The position numbers and the translations under genes are program-made. A DNA stretch of 33,487 bases from Sphaeroforma arctica JP610 (Eukaryota): positions 5,307-38,793 of the forward strand of contig NW_014040061.1 in assembly GCF_001186125.1 (NCBI RefSeq), written 5' to 3'. The notes under the pieces were generated by a model, which saw only the letters and a program-made list of their open reading frames with translations, did not search any database and was not told the DNA's origin. Positions 33,438 to 33,487 of this stretch are shown in pieces; the first letter of the stretch is position 1; every line of letters begins with the position of its first letter.

Positions 33438-33487
33438 TATTGTGTGTGTGTATATATATAATAATATATAGTGTACTATATATATAT
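33369..33487. repeat. (TA)n(TG)n microsatellite
   Basis: Directly visible. Confidence 0.95.

Overview
Intron-rich eukaryotic genomic DNA from a draft assembly (three 20-N gaps, many TA/TG microsatellites, GT-AG introns). The style resembles a unicellular holozoan such as an ichthyosporean, but that is a guess. Most six-frame ORFs are spurious; the real genes only appear after manual splicing. From left to right: (1) the last two exons of an FG-GAP-repeat protein (+, to 1649); (2) a tentative spliced gene or pseudogene on the minus strand (1858-3226) with weak TRFH-like resemblance; (3) head-to-head with it, a telomere-repeat binding factor with an N-terminal TRFH-like domain and a C-terminal telobox Myb domain (+, 3818-13628); (4) a small secreted His/Asp/Glu-rich protein built from His-substituted EGF-like modules (-, 14954-15962); (5) a 4.6-kb divergent intergenic region with a MITE-like element, a recurrent CATAGCCTTCT...AGAAGGCTATG palindrome, a double CRE and telo-box-like repeats; (6) a complete 15-exon PIGN/MCD4 gene (+, 20568-28679); (7) a 5'-partial ABHD18-family hydrolase (-, 29378 to beyond 33187). 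Many introns carry local tandem duplications, several of which copy splice sites. All gene models are by-eye predictions without transcript evidence.
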